64,000 bases of DNA. It comes from Octopus vulgaris. Its lineage: Eukaryota. Shown here piece after piece: positions 62,501-64,000 of the stretch. The notes beneath the pieces are model-generated. The model searched no databases, had not been told where the DNA came from, and saw nothing but the letters and a program-made list of their open reading frames with translations. Both the position numbers and the translations under genes were made by a program. How positions within the stretch are numbered: position 1 is the first letter of the stretch; every line of letters begins with the position of its first letter. The DNA lies in contig OX597829.1 in NCBI GenBank assembly GCA_951406725.2, positions 11,842,001 to 11,906,000 on the forward strand. The letters are read 5' to 3'.

Positions 62501-64000
62501 CATTTGCAATATCTTCAAACATTTTGTAGCATGAAATTACCAAAGAGATTACCCAAGTGACAAAAGTTTTCCAAAAAATTTTTGAAAAGCATAAAAAAGT
62601 AAACAAAATACAAATTTTAATTTTAGTACTCATGTGGAAAAAGTTTTCACTATACAAATAAAAGTAATAAAGTGATATTGCTGATTTAAATTTGTTAATA
62701 AATTTATCACAAAACATTTTAACATTTTTTCTCCTGAAGATGACTGACAACTATATTGATGACAAAAGATTGCAAAATATTGTACATAAACATAGAAAAG
62801 TGAAGAAAATTGCAAATTACAATCTTTTTTTTTTAGTACTTATTTGCAATATATTGACATATTTCGTATCATGAAAACGTCTGTCACTTGAGTGATCTCT
62901 TTGATAAATGTAATCTTATCAATCAGTAAACTTATATTCATCCAAGAGTTTACTCAATTCACAAAAGTTTCAGATAAAGAATTTGTCAATATACTGCAAA
63001 AAAGCATAACAATGTGAAGAAAATGTGTCAAAATAATTCCTGAAATGCAACAAATTAAAATTTGCAATTTTTTTAACTTTTTAATGGTTATTTGTCTAAG
63101 GGATAACTAAAGTCACAGTAGATTTATGGATAGGGCATAAATATAAGCCCTATCAATAAATCTACTTTACATGAGTTATAAATTAACTCATATATATATC
63201 CAAGATTCTCAAAAGTTTTCATGATACAACTGTGTCAAAATATTGCACGTGAATACTAAAAAGCTTCAAATTTGAGTTAGCAATTTTGTTCACATTCTTA
63301 TGCTTATTTGCAATATTTTGACACCGTTTTCATCTGAAAATTTTTGTGACGTGTGATCTGTTAAATATAAATTTACTGATTGATGATAAGGATATATTTA
63401 AAATGTCAAAAGTTTTCAAGATACCTAATGTATCTTGCAAAAAAGTACTAATAAAACAATAAATTGGAATTTGCAATCTTGTTCACATTGTTAGACATTT
63501 TTTATCTGAAAACTTTTGTGACGAGTAATTTCTTCGGTAACTATAAGTTTAGTGGTTCATAATAATCTATATTTATTAAAGTCATCAGAAAAATATCAAT
63601 ACTTTGTCACATTCTGTTTACTGAAATATTTTGACATTTTTGTGATGTCTTATAATTTATGAGGTTTTCAGGTAAAAAATTTTGACAAAATATTGCAAAT
63701 AAGCATAAAAATGTGAACATGAACAAAATCAGGTAACTATTATTTACCTAAGAAATTTCTTATTTCACAAAAGATTTCAGAAAACAAAATATGTTTAAAT
63801 ATTGGAAATAAACATGAAAAAGTAAAATTTAGGACTCATTTGCAATATCTTCAAACATTTTGTAGCATGAAATTACCAAAGAGATTACCCAAGTGACAAA
63901 AGTTTTCCAAAAAATTTTTGAAAAGCATAAAAAAGTAAACAAAATACAAATTTTAATTTTAGTACTCATGTGGAAAAAGTTTTCACTATACAAATAAAAG
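50515..64000. repeat. AT-rich tandem satellite, ~1,335-bp unit, ~10 near-identical copies, continues past the window end
   Basis: Identical spurious ORF recurs at 51850, 54498, 55834, 57152, 58486, 59822, 61158, 62493 (spacing 1318-1336 bp). Confidence 0.97.

Noticed and set aside
50505-62874. Recurrent 60-100 aa ORFs (MSVIFRRK..., MQFSSLF...) in the satellite
   Set aside because: F/K/I/N-rich products of AT-rich DNA with no domain; disrupted in some units; not a gene array.

Overview
This is gene-free, repeat-saturated eukaryotic DNA, most likely octopus/cephalopod (inferred from OK/OR-type tRNA-SINEs and a long, GC-rich, expansion-rich 18S). I found no host protein-coding gene. Bases 1-49 kb are nested mobile-element debris: a full-length but frameshifted mariner, Penelope-like elements (PLEs) with several minimal hammerhead ribozyme motifs, Tx1/L1-like LINEs plus apparent ORF1-only relatives, a CR1-type LINE, a rearranged Gypsy remnant, a young non-coding LTR element with a tRNA-Trp PBS, SINEs and microsatellites. 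From about 49.2 kb to the end lies a homogeneous AT-rich ~1,335-bp tandem satellite whose unit has fold-back symmetry. The most striking observation is at 39.85-46.4 kb: undoing one ~5.4-kb inversion (40822-46270) rejoins both a split 18S rRNA and a split LINE 3' UTR. It reveals a LINE whose RT core is replaced, in sense orientation, by ~2.1 kb of internally deleted pre-rRNA (5'ETS+18S), a candidate LINE-rRNA-LINE template-switch chimera. All coordinates were read by eye and may be off by a few bases.
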